From an uncultured Syntrophaceae bacterium (lineage in GTDB: Bacteria > Desulfobacterota > Syntrophia > Syntrophales > Fen-1087), in the NCBI GenBank assembly GCA_964460245.1, contig CAYWTL010000003.1, positions 1-61,520 of the forward strand: a DNA stretch of 61,520 nucleotides. The letters are read 5' to 3'. Made by a program: the position numbers and the translations under genes. The number at the start of each line of letters is the position of its first letter. The stretch's first letter is position 1. The notes below the pieces were generated by a model that worked only from the letters and a program-made list of their open reading frames with translations, did not search any database and was not told where the DNA came from. Shown here piece after piece: positions 35,838 through 46,440 of this stretch.

Positions 35838-36770
35838 ATGAAAGTTTTTCGACACTTGGACCACATACCCGGGGAATTCAGGGGAGCCATCGCGACGATC
35901 GGAAATTTCGACGGGGTCCATCTCGGGCATCGGCATATCTTTGCACAGATCGTGGCGGAAGCCGCCCGGAACGGCTGCAAGTCAGTCGTGATCACCTTTG
36001 AACCGCACCCGAAGAGGATCCTTAATCCTGAGATCCGGCCCTTCTATCTGATTACGTCGCTCGAAGAAAAGATCGGAAGGATTGCGGAAACGGGCGTCGA
36101 TGGCCTCGTCATCATCCGTTTCAACCGGGAATTTTCGCAGACGACGGCGAAGGATTTCATCTGCTCCGTTCTCTGGGATAAACTGCGGATCCGGAAACTG
36201 TTCATTGGACACGACTACACCTTCGGCAAGGGCAGGGAGGGGAATGAGACCTACCTGGCCGCCTTCGGAGAGCGGCTGGGGTTCGAAGTCGAGGTCATCG
36301 GCGCCTTCCGGGCGAGCGATGAAATTATCAGCAGCACCCTAACACGGGACACCATCCTTGCCGGAGATGTCGGGAAAGCTGCCCGTTTGCTCGGCCGGCC
36401 CTACAGCGTCAGTGGCTTGGTGGTTGAGGGGCACCGGCGCGGGCGAAATCTCGGCTTTCCAACCGCGAATGTCAAACCGGAGAAGGATCTGCTTCCTGCC
36501 CGTGGGATTTACGCCGTCCGTGCGATTCTGGCGGGAAAAACATACGGCGGCGTCCTGAATATCGGATTCAATCCAACCTTTTCCGACGCGGCGCTTTCCG
36601 TCGAGGTCTATCTCCTCGATTTCAACAAGGACATCTACGGGGAACGCCTGGAGATCCTCTTCATCGAGCGGATTCGGGACGAGATCAAGTTCGACGGACC
36701 GGTGCAGCTCATCGAACAGATCCGGCGGGATGTAGAGAAGGCGAGCGTGATCCTGTCCGGCGACCACTGA
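35838..36770 (+). CDS. ribF: bifunctional riboflavin kinase / FMN adenylyltransferase
   Basis: IGNFDGVHLGH nucleotidyltransferase motif and C-terminal kinase domain (GFPTAN..,..E..L.DF). Start trimmed to ATG 35838. Confidence 0.92.
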   Translation: MKVFRHLDHIPGEFRGAIATIGNFDGVHLGHRHIFAQIVAEAARNGCKSVVITFEPHPKRILNPEIRPFYLITSLEEKIGRIAETGVDGLVIIRFNREFSQTTAKDFICSVLWDKLRIRKLFIGHDYTFGKGREGNETYLAAFGERLGFEVEVIGAFRASDEIISSTLTRDTILAGDVGKAARLLGRPYSVSGLVVEGHRRGRNLGFPTANVKPEKDLLPARGIYAVRAILAGKTYGGVLNIGFNPTFSDAALSVEVYLLDFNKDIYGERLEILFIERIRDEIKFDGPVQLIEQIRRDVEKASVILSGDH

Positions 36771-36781
36771 ACATTCCCGTT

Positions 36782-37474
36782 ATGCTGATCCATGATTTGC
36801 ACCGATGGGATGTCACTTACCGTGAAGCCGTCGCCATTCAGCGGGACCTTTGCGGAAAACTGATCCTTCAGGGCGGGTTAGACCGGGACGCCCCGGCACT
36901 GATTGCCGGGGCGGATGTTTCCTACGGGAAGGACAGCGACCTGTTTTTTGCCGCCGTGGTGCTGCTGACCTATCCGGACCTGGTGGTGGTCGAAGAAAGG
37001 CATGCGGTCGAAAAGGCCCCTTTTCCCTATATCCCCGGACTGCTGAGCTTCCGTGAAGGCCCGGCTCTTCTGAAGGCCTTTGCCTGCCTGGAACGCAATC
37101 CCGATCTGGTCATCTTCGACGGGCAGGGCATCGCGCACCCGAGGGGTTTCGGCCTGGCTTCGCATATGGGGCTGTTTCTGGATGTTCCCGCGATCGGCTG
37201 TGGGAAAAGTCGGCTGGTCGGTCACCACGGGGACGTGGGAAACGGAAGGGGGGATCGCGTTCCGCTTGTCTACGACGGGCGGACGGTCGGAACGGTCCTG
37301 CGCAGCCGGCCCGGGGTCAAACCCGTCTTTGTGTCGCCGGGTCACAGGATCGGCCTGGACGACTCCGTTTCGGTTGTCCTGAACTGCTGCCGCGGTTATC
37401 GTTTGCCCGAGCCGGTACGAAAAGCGCACCGGACCGTGAACCGGCTGCGCCAGACCTGGCAGGGCGCCTCGTAG
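36782..37474 (+). CDS. nfi: endonuclease V
   Basis: 230 aa with ..AGADVSY.., PYIPGLLSFREGP and DGQGIAHPR motifs. Confidence 0.9.
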   Translation: MLIHDLHRWDVTYREAVAIQRDLCGKLILQGGLDRDAPALIAGADVSYGKDSDLFFAAVVLLTYPDLVVVEERHAVEKAPFPYIPGLLSFREGPALLKAFACLERNPDLVIFDGQGIAHPRGFGLASHMGLFLDVPAIGCGKSRLVGHHGDVGNGRGDRVPLVYDGRTVGTVLRSRPGVKPVFVSPGHRIGLDDSVSVVLNCCRGYRLPEPVRKAHRTVNRLRQTWQGAS

Positions 37475-37491
37475 CAACCTGCGTGGGCCCG

Positions 37492-40400
37492 CTACCTGCC
37501 CAGGATCACTTCTCCCGTGTCGGTGAAAAGCTTCGCCGGAAGCTGGAAGATGTTCTTGAAAATTTCGAAGATGCCCCTGGACATGGACTTGACGGGAACG
37601 ACCGTCGCCTCGACGTCGTCGACGGGGCCCTTCAGTTCGAAGTAGACGGAAATGAAGTTTCTGTTTTTGTCGGTCAGGATCCAGCCGACGACCGGAATCA
37701 GGCTGACCACCTTGTCCACGGTCTGCAGGGGCTGCACGCCGACTGTGGTGTCAAAGACCTCCATCTTTCCAATATCCAGATTCCCCACCGCCACCAGGTT
37801 CATGGCATCGCTTTTCACCAGCAAATCCCGGGTGGACATGATTCCGTCCTTGAAAGAGAGCGTCGCGGTGATGCGGTTGTACGGCATGCCGCCGCTGGCC
37901 ATATCGGGAAGCTGGAATTTCAGCAGCTGGGAGACATTGAGGATGGAGAAAATCTTGGAGAGGGCGGAGAATTTTTTCAGTGTCCCCTTGTCCATCTGGA
38001 CCCGGACGTTTCCCAGGATGGTTTTCTTCAGTTCCCCCTCCTGGTCTCCTTTGGCCGTCAGGTCGCCCTGCGCGGACAGTGCCCCGGTAATCAATCCTTC
38101 CTTGATGTCGAAAAGCTGAAAGCACTGTTCAAGGGTCAGCTTGTCCAGCTTGAAGCTGGTTTGATAGCGGGGTGCATCTCCGTTGGTCAGGTCGATGCGG
38201 CTTTTCCCGCTGATGCTGCCCCCCAGCGCCAGGAATTCGCTGTCATCGAGGTAGAGGATGTTCTCCTCCAGCGTCACCGCGGATTTCAGATTTCGAAAGG
38301 GAATCTTGTCGATCCTGCCGGCATCAACGCTCAAATCGGCTTTCAGCCTGATTCTCGGGGCGGATGCCTTCTTTTTCCGGATCGAATCCAGTTGCGCCAG
38401 AATCAGCACGTCGCTTGAATCCAGATAAGGAGAAGCAAGCGTCATGTCGATTTTCGGCCGGTCCAGATCGGCAATCAACCCCTTGACATTCAGGATGGAG
38501 TCGTTGATTTGAAACACCATCGATGAGATGTGAAGATCGCTTTTTTGGAACGTTGCATGGCCGCGTACGTTTTTCAGCCGTACGGTCTGTTTCGGGTGAC
38601 GCAGACCGATGTCCGCGACATCCAGATCGGGACATGAGAAGGTCAGAGCGTAGGCCGGTTTTTTCATGTCGGTCAGGATGCCCTGCAGCAAAATCGGGGA
38701 GCCTCCAAGCTGAACGTGGAGCTGGGATGTTTCGATGCGGTTGCCCCGGAGGCGGATACTCCCGTGCACATGGGTGACCGGTTTCACGAAATCGGACGGT
38801 TCGAAAGAGGCCCCCGCGAGCAGTACGTCACCGTTCCAGCGCCAATCGGCCGCGTTGCCCGGCGTGCCCTCCGCCCGGACGGATGCCTGAATCTGCCCCT
38901 GAGGCCTGAACCCGCGCAGCCGCGGCAGCATGGGGGCGACATCCTCCATCCGGACCGCGTTCGTGCGAAAATCCAGGATGATTCTTTTCCTGCCCGAATG
39001 CCGGTACTTCAGGGAACCGTCCAGCGCCAGGGGAGCGAGTTCGTAATGCATTTCGGACAGGGTGGTTTCCCGAACATTCAGATTACCCTTGAAGGACAGC
39101 CTGCTGGGCTTGCCGGCCGGCTTGTTGATCATGTCCGCATAGCCGTAGGCGGCGGATGACAGATCCCAGACGGCATTCAGATTGTAGTTGTCCGTGTAGC
39201 CGTTCCCGGAAAGGTGGAGCGTGGATTTTCCCTCATAAAAAACGTCGTCCTCCAGTTCCCCCTGGAAGAGCCAGGCCACCTCTCCCGCCGTCGGGGTCAG
39301 GGTCATCGTGAAAGGGTAGCGCGTCGGCGACTCCAGGCAGTAGTCGGTCAGCTTGCCTTCCAGGCTGAAAGGGGATTCACCAAATCGACCCTTCATGTCG
39401 CGCAGGATGAAATCCGCTCCCTTGAGTTCCAGAATTCCGGAGATGCCGCTGAATTCCGGGATGTCCGGTCCGTACTTCAAAAGCCCCCCTTCCGCGCTGC
39501 CCCGGATGTAAAGCACGTTGGCGTTGTCGCCCTTTTCCATGTGGGCGATCTGGCTGACCCGGCCGTAGAGGCGCCCCTCGTCCAACCGGTAATTTCCACC
39601 CTTGATTTTCTGTTCGATAAAATCGGCCACGTCTTTGGGAATCACTCCGTAGGGGATATAGTGGCTGTAGGATTCCCAGGGGATCGGGGTCGTCACGGCC
39701 CTTGCATCGATGAGTAGATCGTCCATATGGAGATCCTTCAGCAGGCAGCTTCCCCTGACGTTCACGCCGTCGACATTGACGTCCAGCTTCTCCACCGCGA
39801 GGTCCCGCCGGTCGAATCTCATTTCGTAGCGGGCCTCGACGATCCGGGGGTTCAGGGGCGCATGGAATATGGGGGCGTAATCGAAGTTCAGGTTGCGAAT
39901 GGTCATGGTTCCGCTGGAGCTGAATTCATGGAAGTTTCCACGGTAGCGTGCATCCACGTCCAGTTGGCCGGTGATTTTTTTGAAGGGGACGTACCGGCTG
40001 TAATATGGCCAGTACCAGCCGGCGTTCAGGAGTTCCGCGCGAACGGACGTGTCGATGCGGCTGTCCAGGATCGGTTCCGCACTCCCTGAGAGATTGAGCG
40101 TTCCCGCAAGCGCAAGCTTGCCGGACCCGGATTCGTCGACGACGTTTGCACTGATCCGGAAGGCCGCCTTCCGGCCCCGTTCCGGGTGATCGATGCGGAG
40201 GTCCAGATTTTCGAGAGATGTAGTCAATCCTTCGGGGATGATCCACCGGTCCGTAAAAGAAACCTGTCCGTTTTTGACGACGATCCGGCCGTTCTTCAAG
40301 GAAATCCGGTTTTTCTTTTCTTCGAAGAGATCGCCGATGTTGAAGATGCCGGAGCGGTCCCGGATCAGATGGATGCGCGGGTTCTCCATCTCAATCCGGC

Positions 40401-40719
40401 GCAGGACGACGTTTTTCTTCAGCAGGGGCAGGACGTCAATCTTGAAAGTGATCCGGTCGGCGGTGATGAAATCGGATGCGCCGTCCCGCTCCCGAATGAC
40501 GACCCCGGTGAAGGTGAAGGTGGGCCGAAGACGGAATGACAGCGAACCTTCCCGGTATAGAACCTCCCGGTCGAGGGCGGTCCGCACCGAGCGGAGCAGA
40601 TCTTCCCGGTGGGTGTCCAGGTTCAGCAAACGGGTGGCGATCATGCCGGCCAGTGCGGCCAGTGCCAGCGTGACCACCGCGGCGGTCAGGAGAAGGGAAA
40701 TTTTTTTCTTTTTTGTCAT
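37492..40719 (-). CDS. AsmA/YhdP-like (AsmA family, DUF3971-type) large envelope protein
   Basis: 1075 aa with an N-terminal TM anchor, a long beta-rich body and an AsmA-like C-terminal region. Confidence 0.8.
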   Translation of the reverse strand: MTKKKKISLLLTAAVVTLALAALAGMIATRLLNLDTHREDLLRSVRTALDREVLYREGSLSFRLRPTFTFTGVVIRERDGASDFITADRITFKIDVLPLLKKNVVLRRIEMENPRIHLIRDRSGIFNIGDLFEEKKNRISLKNGRIVVKNGQVSFTDRWIIPEGLTTSLENLDLRIDHPERGRKAAFRISANVVDESGSGKLALAGTLNLSGSAEPILDSRIDTSVRAELLNAGWYWPYYSRYVPFKKITGQLDVDARYRGNFHEFSSSGTMTIRNLNFDYAPIFHAPLNPRIVEARYEMRFDRRDLAVEKLDVNVDGVNVRGSCLLKDLHMDDLLIDARAVTTPIPWESYSHYIPYGVIPKDVADFIEQKIKGGNYRLDEGRLYGRVSQIAHMEKGDNANVLYIRGSAEGGLLKYGPDIPEFSGISGILELKGADFILRDMKGRFGESPFSLEGKLTDYCLESPTRYPFTMTLTPTAGEVAWLFQGELEDDVFYEGKSTLHLSGNGYTDNYNLNAVWDLSSAAYGYADMINKPAGKPSRLSFKGNLNVRETTLSEMHYELAPLALDGSLKYRHSGRKRIILDFRTNAVRMEDVAPMLPRLRGFRPQGQIQASVRAEGTPGNAADWRWNGDVLLAGASFEPSDFVKPVTHVHGSIRLRGNRIETSQLHVQLGGSPILLQGILTDMKKPAYALTFSCPDLDVADIGLRHPKQTVRLKNVRGHATFQKSDLHISSMVFQINDSILNVKGLIADLDRPKIDMTLASPYLDSSDVLILAQLDSIRKKKASAPRIRLKADLSVDAGRIDKIPFRNLKSAVTLEENILYLDDSEFLALGGSISGKSRIDLTNGDAPRYQTSFKLDKLTLEQCFQLFDIKEGLITGALSAQGDLTAKGDQEGELKKTILGNVRVQMDKGTLKKFSALSKIFSILNVSQLLKFQLPDMASGGMPYNRITATLSFKDGIMSTRDLLVKSDAMNLVAVGNLDIGKMEVFDTTVGVQPLQTVDKVVSLIPVVGWILTDKNRNFISVYFELKGPVDDVEATVVPVKSMSRGIFEIFKNIFQLPAKLFTDTGEVILGR

Positions 40720-40782
40720 CTTGTCCGGTTGACGCGTTTCGACACACGGAATGAGCGTTTCCTTCCGGTCCCCGGGAGCGGT

Positions 40783-41355
40783 TCAGGGCCGTTGATAGCG
40801 CGACATGATCTCGCTTCGGGTCAGCACGGCGTCGACGCGATCCGCATGGGCCAGGATATTTTCCCGCCCGCCCTCTTCCCGGTCGATCAGGGCGATCACG
40901 CGGTCGATGGCCAGACCCGCCTCCCTGACCCGCTCGATGGCCGTGATCGTGGAGCCGCCTGTGGTAATGACGTCGTCGATGATGACGACCCTTTCACCGG
41001 GCTGCACATTCCCTTCGAGGGCCGAACGGGTTCCGTGCTCTTTCACGTCTTTCCGGACAACGAACGACTTGATCGGCTTCCCCTTCTGATAGGAGATCAC
41101 CGCCAGGGCGTTGGCGATCGGATCGGCGCCGAGAGTCAGGCCGCCGGCGGCCGTGACATCGGCGTCGGCAAGCATCGAGAAGACGATTTCGCCGATCAGG
41201 TTCATGCCCTCCGGGTCCAGGGTGGTCGGCTTGCAGTTGAAGTAATAGTTGCTGGTCCTGCCGGAAGCCAGTGTGAACGGCGGGTCGTTCCGGTATTTGA
41301 AGGATTTTTCAATAATGATGTCGGAGAGTCTCTGTTTCATTTCGCGGATGTTCAT
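40783..41355 (-). CDS. pyrE: orotate phosphoribosyltransferase
   Basis: PRPP-binding motif VVIIDDVITTGGS. Start trimmed to ATG 41355 (MNIREMK..). Confidence 0.9.
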   Translation of the reverse strand: MNIREMKQRLSDIIIEKSFKYRNDPPFTLASGRTSNYYFNCKPTTLDPEGMNLIGEIVFSMLADADVTAAGGLTLGADPIANALAVISYQKGKPIKSFVVRKDVKEHGTRSALEGNVQPGERVVIIDDVITTGGSTITAIERVREAGLAIDRVIALIDREEGGRENILAHADRVDAVLTRSEIMSRYQRP

Positions 41356-41372
41356 CGGTCTTACCGCCCTTC

Positions 41373-42107
41373 CTATGAAATGGGGTCGTCTTCTTTCAGG
41401 ATAAACTTCACCGGCACGTCGACCCACATGGATACGGGTTTGCCCATTCTCCGCCCCGGATCGAATTTCCAGCGCCGGACCGCTTCCAGGGCCGACCGGT
41501 CCAGCGACGCATATCCGGAAGACTTCTTGATCGAGAGATTTTCCACCCGCCCGTCGGCGGCGATCTCGGCGATGAGAAGGACCATCCCTGCATATCCTCT
41601 CGATCGGGCGACGGCGGGATAAACGGGAGGCGCATTTTCAAGGTATTGAGGGGTGGCTGCAGCGGTCGATTCGTTTGCTGCGGATCGATCCGAACCCCCG
41701 GGTTGCCGCTTTCCCTCCGGCCCGTCGGCCAACAGTCCGCTGCCGCCAGCGAGGCCGACAGGCAGATGCAGGCTCACGATCCGAATGTCCGTCATTCGCG
41801 ACGTTTCCCGAGCCCGGTCTTCCGTCCTGTCGAGCCTTCGCCACGCCGCCTCGAGAGGGGAAACCGCTGAAGCGTGCGATGGGCGCCCGACGTTTTTCCG
41901 GATTCCGGCGACAGCCGGCTCCGGTGGTGATTGCGCTTTCGTGGAGACCCAGGCAACTTGAAGCACTCGGGGCTCTTCGTCCCGGCGGCGGTGGTCCGGC
42001 TTGGCGAAGGAGATGGAAAAGATGAGAAGTCCGGCCAGGACGGCATGCAGGGCAACAGAGGCACAGGCTGACCGGAAGGCATCCCTATGTTGGGGAAACG
42101 CTTTCAT
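41373..42107 (-). CDS. tonB: energy transducer TonB family protein
   Basis: N-terminal TM, Pro/Glu-rich linker, and C-terminal TonB domain (..PPVYPAVARSRGYAGMVLL...DG.V....I..SSGY..LD..ALEAV..WKF.P). Confidence 0.82.
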   Translation of the reverse strand: MKAFPQHRDAFRSACASVALHAVLAGLLIFSISFAKPDHRRRDEEPRVLQVAWVSTKAQSPPEPAVAGIRKNVGRPSHASAVSPLEAAWRRLDRTEDRARETSRMTDIRIVSLHLPVGLAGGSGLLADGPEGKRQPGGSDRSAANESTAAATPQYLENAPPVYPAVARSRGYAGMVLLIAEIAADGRVENLSIKKSSGYASLDRSALEAVRRWKFDPGRRMGKPVSMWVDVPVKFILKEDDPIS

Positions 42108-44511
42108 CTGCGGATCCTATCAACTTTTCCAGAACCCGGATCGCCTCGACGCCGTCCTTGGCGTAGAATGCCCCGAGTGAATCGGCATAGGCTTGCGTCA
42201 CGACCGCCCCGCCGAGCAGGAATTGCCCGTGCAGACCGGCCTGACGGGCCCGGGCGATCACCTCGTGCATCCGGACCATGGTTGTCGTCATCAGGGCGGA
42301 CAGCCCCACAACATCGGGCTTTCGTTTCTTCATCGCGGCGAGGATGGTCCGTGCGGGGATATCCTTGCCCAGATCGATCACCGTGTATCCGTGGTTTCTC
42401 ATCATCAGGGCGACGATGTTTTTGCCGATGTCGTGAATATCCCCTTCCACGGTGGCCAGCAGAACCGTGCCCCGCTGCCGCCGCGGCGTGTTTTGCCGAA
42501 GCTTCGGCCCGAGATGTCCGACGCCCGCGCGCATCGCTTCCGCACCTGCAATCAACTGGGGCAGGAAATATGATTTCCTGTCAAACCGCTTTCCCACCTC
42601 GATAATTGCTGGAATCATGACTTCATCCATCAGATCGGCGGCCCCTGTCCCGGCGGCAAGCGCCTGATCGATCAGCGAAACGATGTCTTCACGGTTTCCC
42701 TCCAGGATCGCCTGCCGGACTCTGCCGTTCGGATCAACCGCGACCGCGGCAGCTGTACCGGACGCCGTTTGCGCTGCGCCTGCGAAGTGCCGAATGTAGG
42801 ACGCCGCGTCCCGGTCCCGCTGCGTGAGCACGTCCCCGGCCCGACGGACATTCATCAGTTCCTCACTTGCCGGGTTGGCGATGGCCATGGTTAGACCCAG
42901 AGACTGCGCCATTGCCAGGAATGTCGCATTGATCCACCGGCGCTCCGGCATGCCGAAGGAGACGTTGGACAGTCCCAGGATCGTCCTGCACCCGAATTTC
43001 GAGGCGCACCACTGCACGGTTTTCAAAGTTTCCGCAGCGGCCCGGGGATGGGAGGCGATGGTCATGACCAGCCCGTCCACGACAAAATCGTCTTTTGTCA
43101 GACCGTGGCGCCGCGCTTTCCGGCTGACCTCGCGGATGATGTCGATCCTCCTTGCCGCCGTTTCAGGGATCTCCCCGTCGGTCAGCGGCAGCAGGATGAA
43201 CATGGCGCCGTACTTGGCGGCCAGCGGCAGCAGTTTCCGCATCTTTTCCGCCTCGCCGGAAATGGAGTTGATCAGCGCCCGACCCGGATAGTGGCGGAGA
43301 GCCGCGGCGATCGTTTCCACCCGGGGTGAATCGATCACCAGGGGCAACGCGGTGGCGGCGGACATGAGGCCGATCACTTGCCGGATGGTCTTGACTTCGT
43401 CGATACCGGGCGCCCCCACATTAACGTCCAGCAGATCGGCGCCCTGTCGTTCCTGCTCACCGGCCATTTGTCGGACCAGGGTCATTTTCCCTTCTCGCAG
43501 CTCCTGCTGGAGGATTATTTTGCCGGTCGGGTTGATCCGCTCCCCGACGATCATCAGGGGTTTGTCCGGATCCAGGACCCGGTGATGGCGGGACGAGCTG
43601 ACCGCGCTGACAGACCGGAGGCGGGGGAGCAGCGGGCTGGTTTTTGCGAGAGACCGCTTCAGGGCGGCGATGTGCTCCGGTGTGGTCCCGCAGCACCCGC
43701 CGATCAGGTTGACGCCGGCCTCGGCAAGAGATTTCCCGAAGGCGGCGAAGTCCGGCGGCGACATATCGAAGAACGTCTCCCGGCCGGCCAGCCTGGGCAT
43801 TCCCGCGTTGGGTTTGGCGACCAGGGGGACGGTGGCCAGGGGTTTCATGGCGGCGATCAGGGGGATCATGCCCTCCGGTCCAGTTGAGCAGTTGCACCCC
43901 ACGGCATCGGCGCCGAGGCTCTGCAGCGTGATGAGGGCGGTCACCGGATCGGTGCCGTTGAGCGTCCGCGCTTCTTTCTCGTAGGTCATGGTGACCATCG
44001 TGAAAAGATCGGCGCTTTCGCGGACGGCGAGCAGGGCCGCCCGCGCCTCCTGAATGTCCATCATGGTTTCGATGACGAACAGATCGACGCCGCCCTCCCG
44101 AAGCCCCAGGACTTGTTCCTTGAAGAGATCGACCGCCCGCTCGAATTCAAGGTCGCCGAAGGGTTCGATGAAACGGCCTGAAGGCCCGATATCCCCGGCC
44201 ACAAGTGCCCTTTTCCCCACGGCAGCCTTTGCCAGCCGGGCCAGATCCCGGTTGACCCCGCGGACATCTTCGATCCCGTATTCGCCGAGCTTCAGGCGGT
44301 TGGCCCCAAAAGTGCTGGCGTACACAATCTCCGAACCGGCCTCCGCGTACGCCCGGTGGATCGCCTGGATGACCTCGGGGTTCCCGATACACCACGCCTC
44401 CGGGCAGACGCCGGAAGGCATCCCGCACCGCTGCAGCTCGGTGCCCGTCGCCCCGTCCAGGAGCAGGATCTTTTTTTGCAGCAGGCCGGTGATCTTCGCT
44501 TTTTTCGTCAA
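42085..44511 (-). CDS. metH: methionine synthase core (homocysteine-binding, pterin-binding, B12-binding modules) lacking the activation domain
   Basis: 808 aa: Hcy S-methyltransferase N-terminus (..LDGATGTEL.., GGCCGTTP), pterin-binding barrel, and DxHxxG B12 motif (GDIHDIGKN). TTG start at 44511. Confidence 0.88.
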   Translation of the reverse strand: MTKKAKITGLLQKKILLLDGATGTELQRCGMPSGVCPEAWCIGNPEVIQAIHRAYAEAGSEIVYASTFGANRLKLGEYGIEDVRGVNRDLARLAKAAVGKRALVAGDIGPSGRFIEPFGDLEFERAVDLFKEQVLGLREGGVDLFVIETMMDIQEARAALLAVRESADLFTMVTMTYEKEARTLNGTDPVTALITLQSLGADAVGCNCSTGPEGMIPLIAAMKPLATVPLVAKPNAGMPRLAGRETFFDMSPPDFAAFGKSLAEAGVNLIGGCCGTTPEHIAALKRSLAKTSPLLPRLRSVSAVSSSRHHRVLDPDKPLMIVGERINPTGKIILQQELREGKMTLVRQMAGEQERQGADLLDVNVGAPGIDEVKTIRQVIGLMSAATALPLVIDSPRVETIAAALRHYPGRALINSISGEAEKMRKLLPLAAKYGAMFILLPLTDGEIPETAARRIDIIREVSRKARRHGLTKDDFVVDGLVMTIASHPRAAAETLKTVQWCASKFGCRTILGLSNVSFGMPERRWINATFLAMAQSLGLTMAIANPASEELMNVRRAGDVLTQRDRDAASYIRHFAGAAQTASGTAAAVAVDPNGRVRQAILEGNREDIVSLIDQALAAGTGAADLMDEVMIPAIIEVGKRFDRKSYFLPQLIAGAEAMRAGVGHLGPKLRQNTPRRQRGTVLLATVEGDIHDIGKNIVALMMRNHGYTVIDLGKDIPARTILAAMKKRKPDVVGLSALMTTTMVRMHEVIARARQAGLHGQFLLGGAVVTQAYADSLGAFYAKDGVEAIRVLEKLIGSADESVSPT

Positions 44512-44686
44512 TGTGCCTCTCTCCTGTTCAGTGTTCCGTCCGATCGGAAAGCGCTGAGGTTCACCGCCACCGCCGCTGCCGTCTGGGACCGCCGTGGGTG
44601 ACGGGGTGAACCGGCGGCCTCTTCACTCCGGTTTTCATGTCTGTGATCGGGTAACCCTTCATCACGGGAGCGGATTTTCGTTTCCC

Positions 44687-45307
44687 TCAGGCGACAATGC
44701 CCGTGATCGCCGTGACCGATTTCTCCGGGATGAGGATGCAGTGATCCGTAATGGTCACACCGATCCGTTCCAGGTCCAGAAGGCGGTGCATGACCCGCTG
44801 GCTTTCCAGCGGCAGATCGCCGTAGCCGGCGGAGTAGCGTGCGGGCAGCAGCTTCCTGCATTCTCGGCGCAGGGTCTGGTTGGCAAAGCCCATGATCCAG
44901 TCCAGTGCCGCATCGGTGATCTCGCTGGCCGCGGCATCCAGGACCACCCCGCGGGTCATGTTGCGGCCCCCCGCGTCGGCCTGGATCGCCCGCATGATTT
45001 CCGGGCCGGCCGTCGCCGCCATCAGGAGCGCCTCGTCGCATTCGCCGAGGAATTTGAAAAGCCTGATGCTCTCCAAAACCGCACCGTCGGGAAAGGCGAT
45101 GATTGCGCTTCCCTGCCTGTGCACGTGCAGCCGCAGGGCCGCGCCACGCAGACGGATCAGCGAAAGGGCCCTGTCGATGGAGGCCTCCGTCTCCGTCTTC
45201 TCCCGCTGGGAAAGGCCGGTCACGCCTCGCCGGTATCCCAGGCGACGGTAAATCGCCTCGTAAGGAGTCGTCACGGTGATGGCGTCGAAGTAGCGGACAG
45301 GACCCAT
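44687..45307 (-). CDS. stand-alone methionine synthase reactivation (AdoMet-binding) domain-like protein
   Basis: 206 aa with ..RYSAGYGD.PL..Q....LL...IGV......L+.PEKSV.AI.G, resembling the MetH activation module. Lies immediately upstream of the metH core. Confidence 0.7.
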   Translation of the reverse strand: MGPVRYFDAITVTTPYEAIYRRLGYRRGVTGLSQREKTETEASIDRALSLIRLRGAALRLHVHRQGSAIIAFPDGAVLESIRLFKFLGECDEALLMAATAGPEIMRAIQADAGGRNMTRGVVLDAAASEITDAALDWIMGFANQTLRRECRKLLPARYSAGYGDLPLESQRVMHRLLDLERIGVTITDHCILIPEKSVTAITGIVA

Positions 45308-45330
45308 GCGTCAGGAACCGAATCGGTGAA

Positions 45331-46416
45331 TCATGCCCTCAGCAGGTTAGCCACCCGGTCTCCCATTTCCGCGGTGCCGACCAGTGTGGTCCCTTCATGA
45401 TAAATGTCCCGGGTCCGGAAACCCTCCTGCAGGGCCTGCCGCACGGCCGATTCGATGCGGGACGCCGCGTCGGGCCTGCCGAAGGAGTGCCGGAACATCA
45501 TGGCGACAGACAGGATCGTGGCCAGCGGGTTGGCCACATCCCGTCCGGCAATGTCCGGGGCGGAGCCGTGGATCGGTTCATACAGGGCATGGAAACCACC
45601 GAGGCTTGCCGAGGGCAGCATGCCGATGGATCCGGTCAGCATGGCCGCTTCGTCGCTGAGGATGTCCCCAAACAGGTTGGTCGTCACGATGACATCGAAC
45701 TGTGCGGGGTTTCCGATGAGCTGCATGGCGCAATTGTCCACATACATGTGACGCAGCTCGATCTCCGGATGGTCCCGGCCGACCTCCATCACCACGTCCC
45801 GCCAGAGCTGCGAGGCTTCCAGGACATTGGCCTTGTCCACGGATGCGACTTTTCCACGGCGCTTCCCCGCCATCGCGAAGGCGATTCTGGCGATGCGCCG
45901 GATTTCCTCCTCCGTATAGACCATCGTATTGATTCCCACGCGCTGCCCACCCTGGACCTGCACGCCCCGGGGCCTGCCGAAATAGATGTCGCCCGTCAGT
46001 TCCCGGATGATCAGGATGTCGATGCCCTGAATCAGGTTCCGTTTCAGGGGGGAGGCATCCAGGAGATCGTCGAAGACGGTGACGGGCCTAAGGTTGGCGA
46101 AGAGGCCGAGCTTTTCCCGCAATCCCAGCAGCGCCCGTTCGGGCCGGACACTGTAGTCCAGGGATTCCCACTTCGGTCCGCCCACGGCGCCGAGCAGTAC
46201 GGCATCGCTGGCAAGCGCCAGATCCAGGCTCTCTTCCGGGAACGGCGTTCCGCAGGCATCGTAGGCCGCACCCCCGATCAGGCCTTCCCTGAGGTCGAGA
46301 TGCACCTCCAGACCCGCCGCAACGATCTTCATGACCTTGACGGCTTCGCGGACGATCTCCATGCCGATCCCGTCTCCGGGAAGGACGCAGATTTTATTAA
46401 TTTTCTTCTCCGACAT
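45331..46416 (-). CDS. leuB: 3-isopropylmalate dehydrogenase
   Basis: 361 aa with ..LPGDGIG.E.. and the [25 protein letters not shown] signature. Confidence 0.94.
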   Translation of the reverse strand: MSEKKINKICVLPGDGIGMEIVREAVKVMKIVAAGLEVHLDLREGLIGGAAYDACGTPFPEESLDLALASDAVLLGAVGGPKWESLDYSVRPERALLGLREKLGLFANLRPVTVFDDLLDASPLKRNLIQGIDILIIRELTGDIYFGRPRGVQVQGGQRVGINTMVYTEEEIRRIARIAFAMAGKRRGKVASVDKANVLEASQLWRDVVMEVGRDHPEIELRHMYVDNCAMQLIGNPAQFDVIVTTNLFGDILSDEAAMLTGSIGMLPSASLGGFHALYEPIHGSAPDIAGRDVANPLATILSVAMMFRHSFGRPDAASRIESAVRQALQEGFRTRDIYHEGTTLVGTAEMGDRVANLLRA

Positions 46417-46440
46417 TGGTGATGGTTCCGAAGCCGCCCG

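Noticed and set aside
44512-44686. Calling the metH spacer a cobalamin, SAM or SAH riboswitch.
   Set aside because: Only a loose resemblance to the AGGGAA..AAUCC core was seen, and no B12 box or SAM/SAH consensus could be identified by eye. It is kept only as an unexplained structured spacer pending cmscan.
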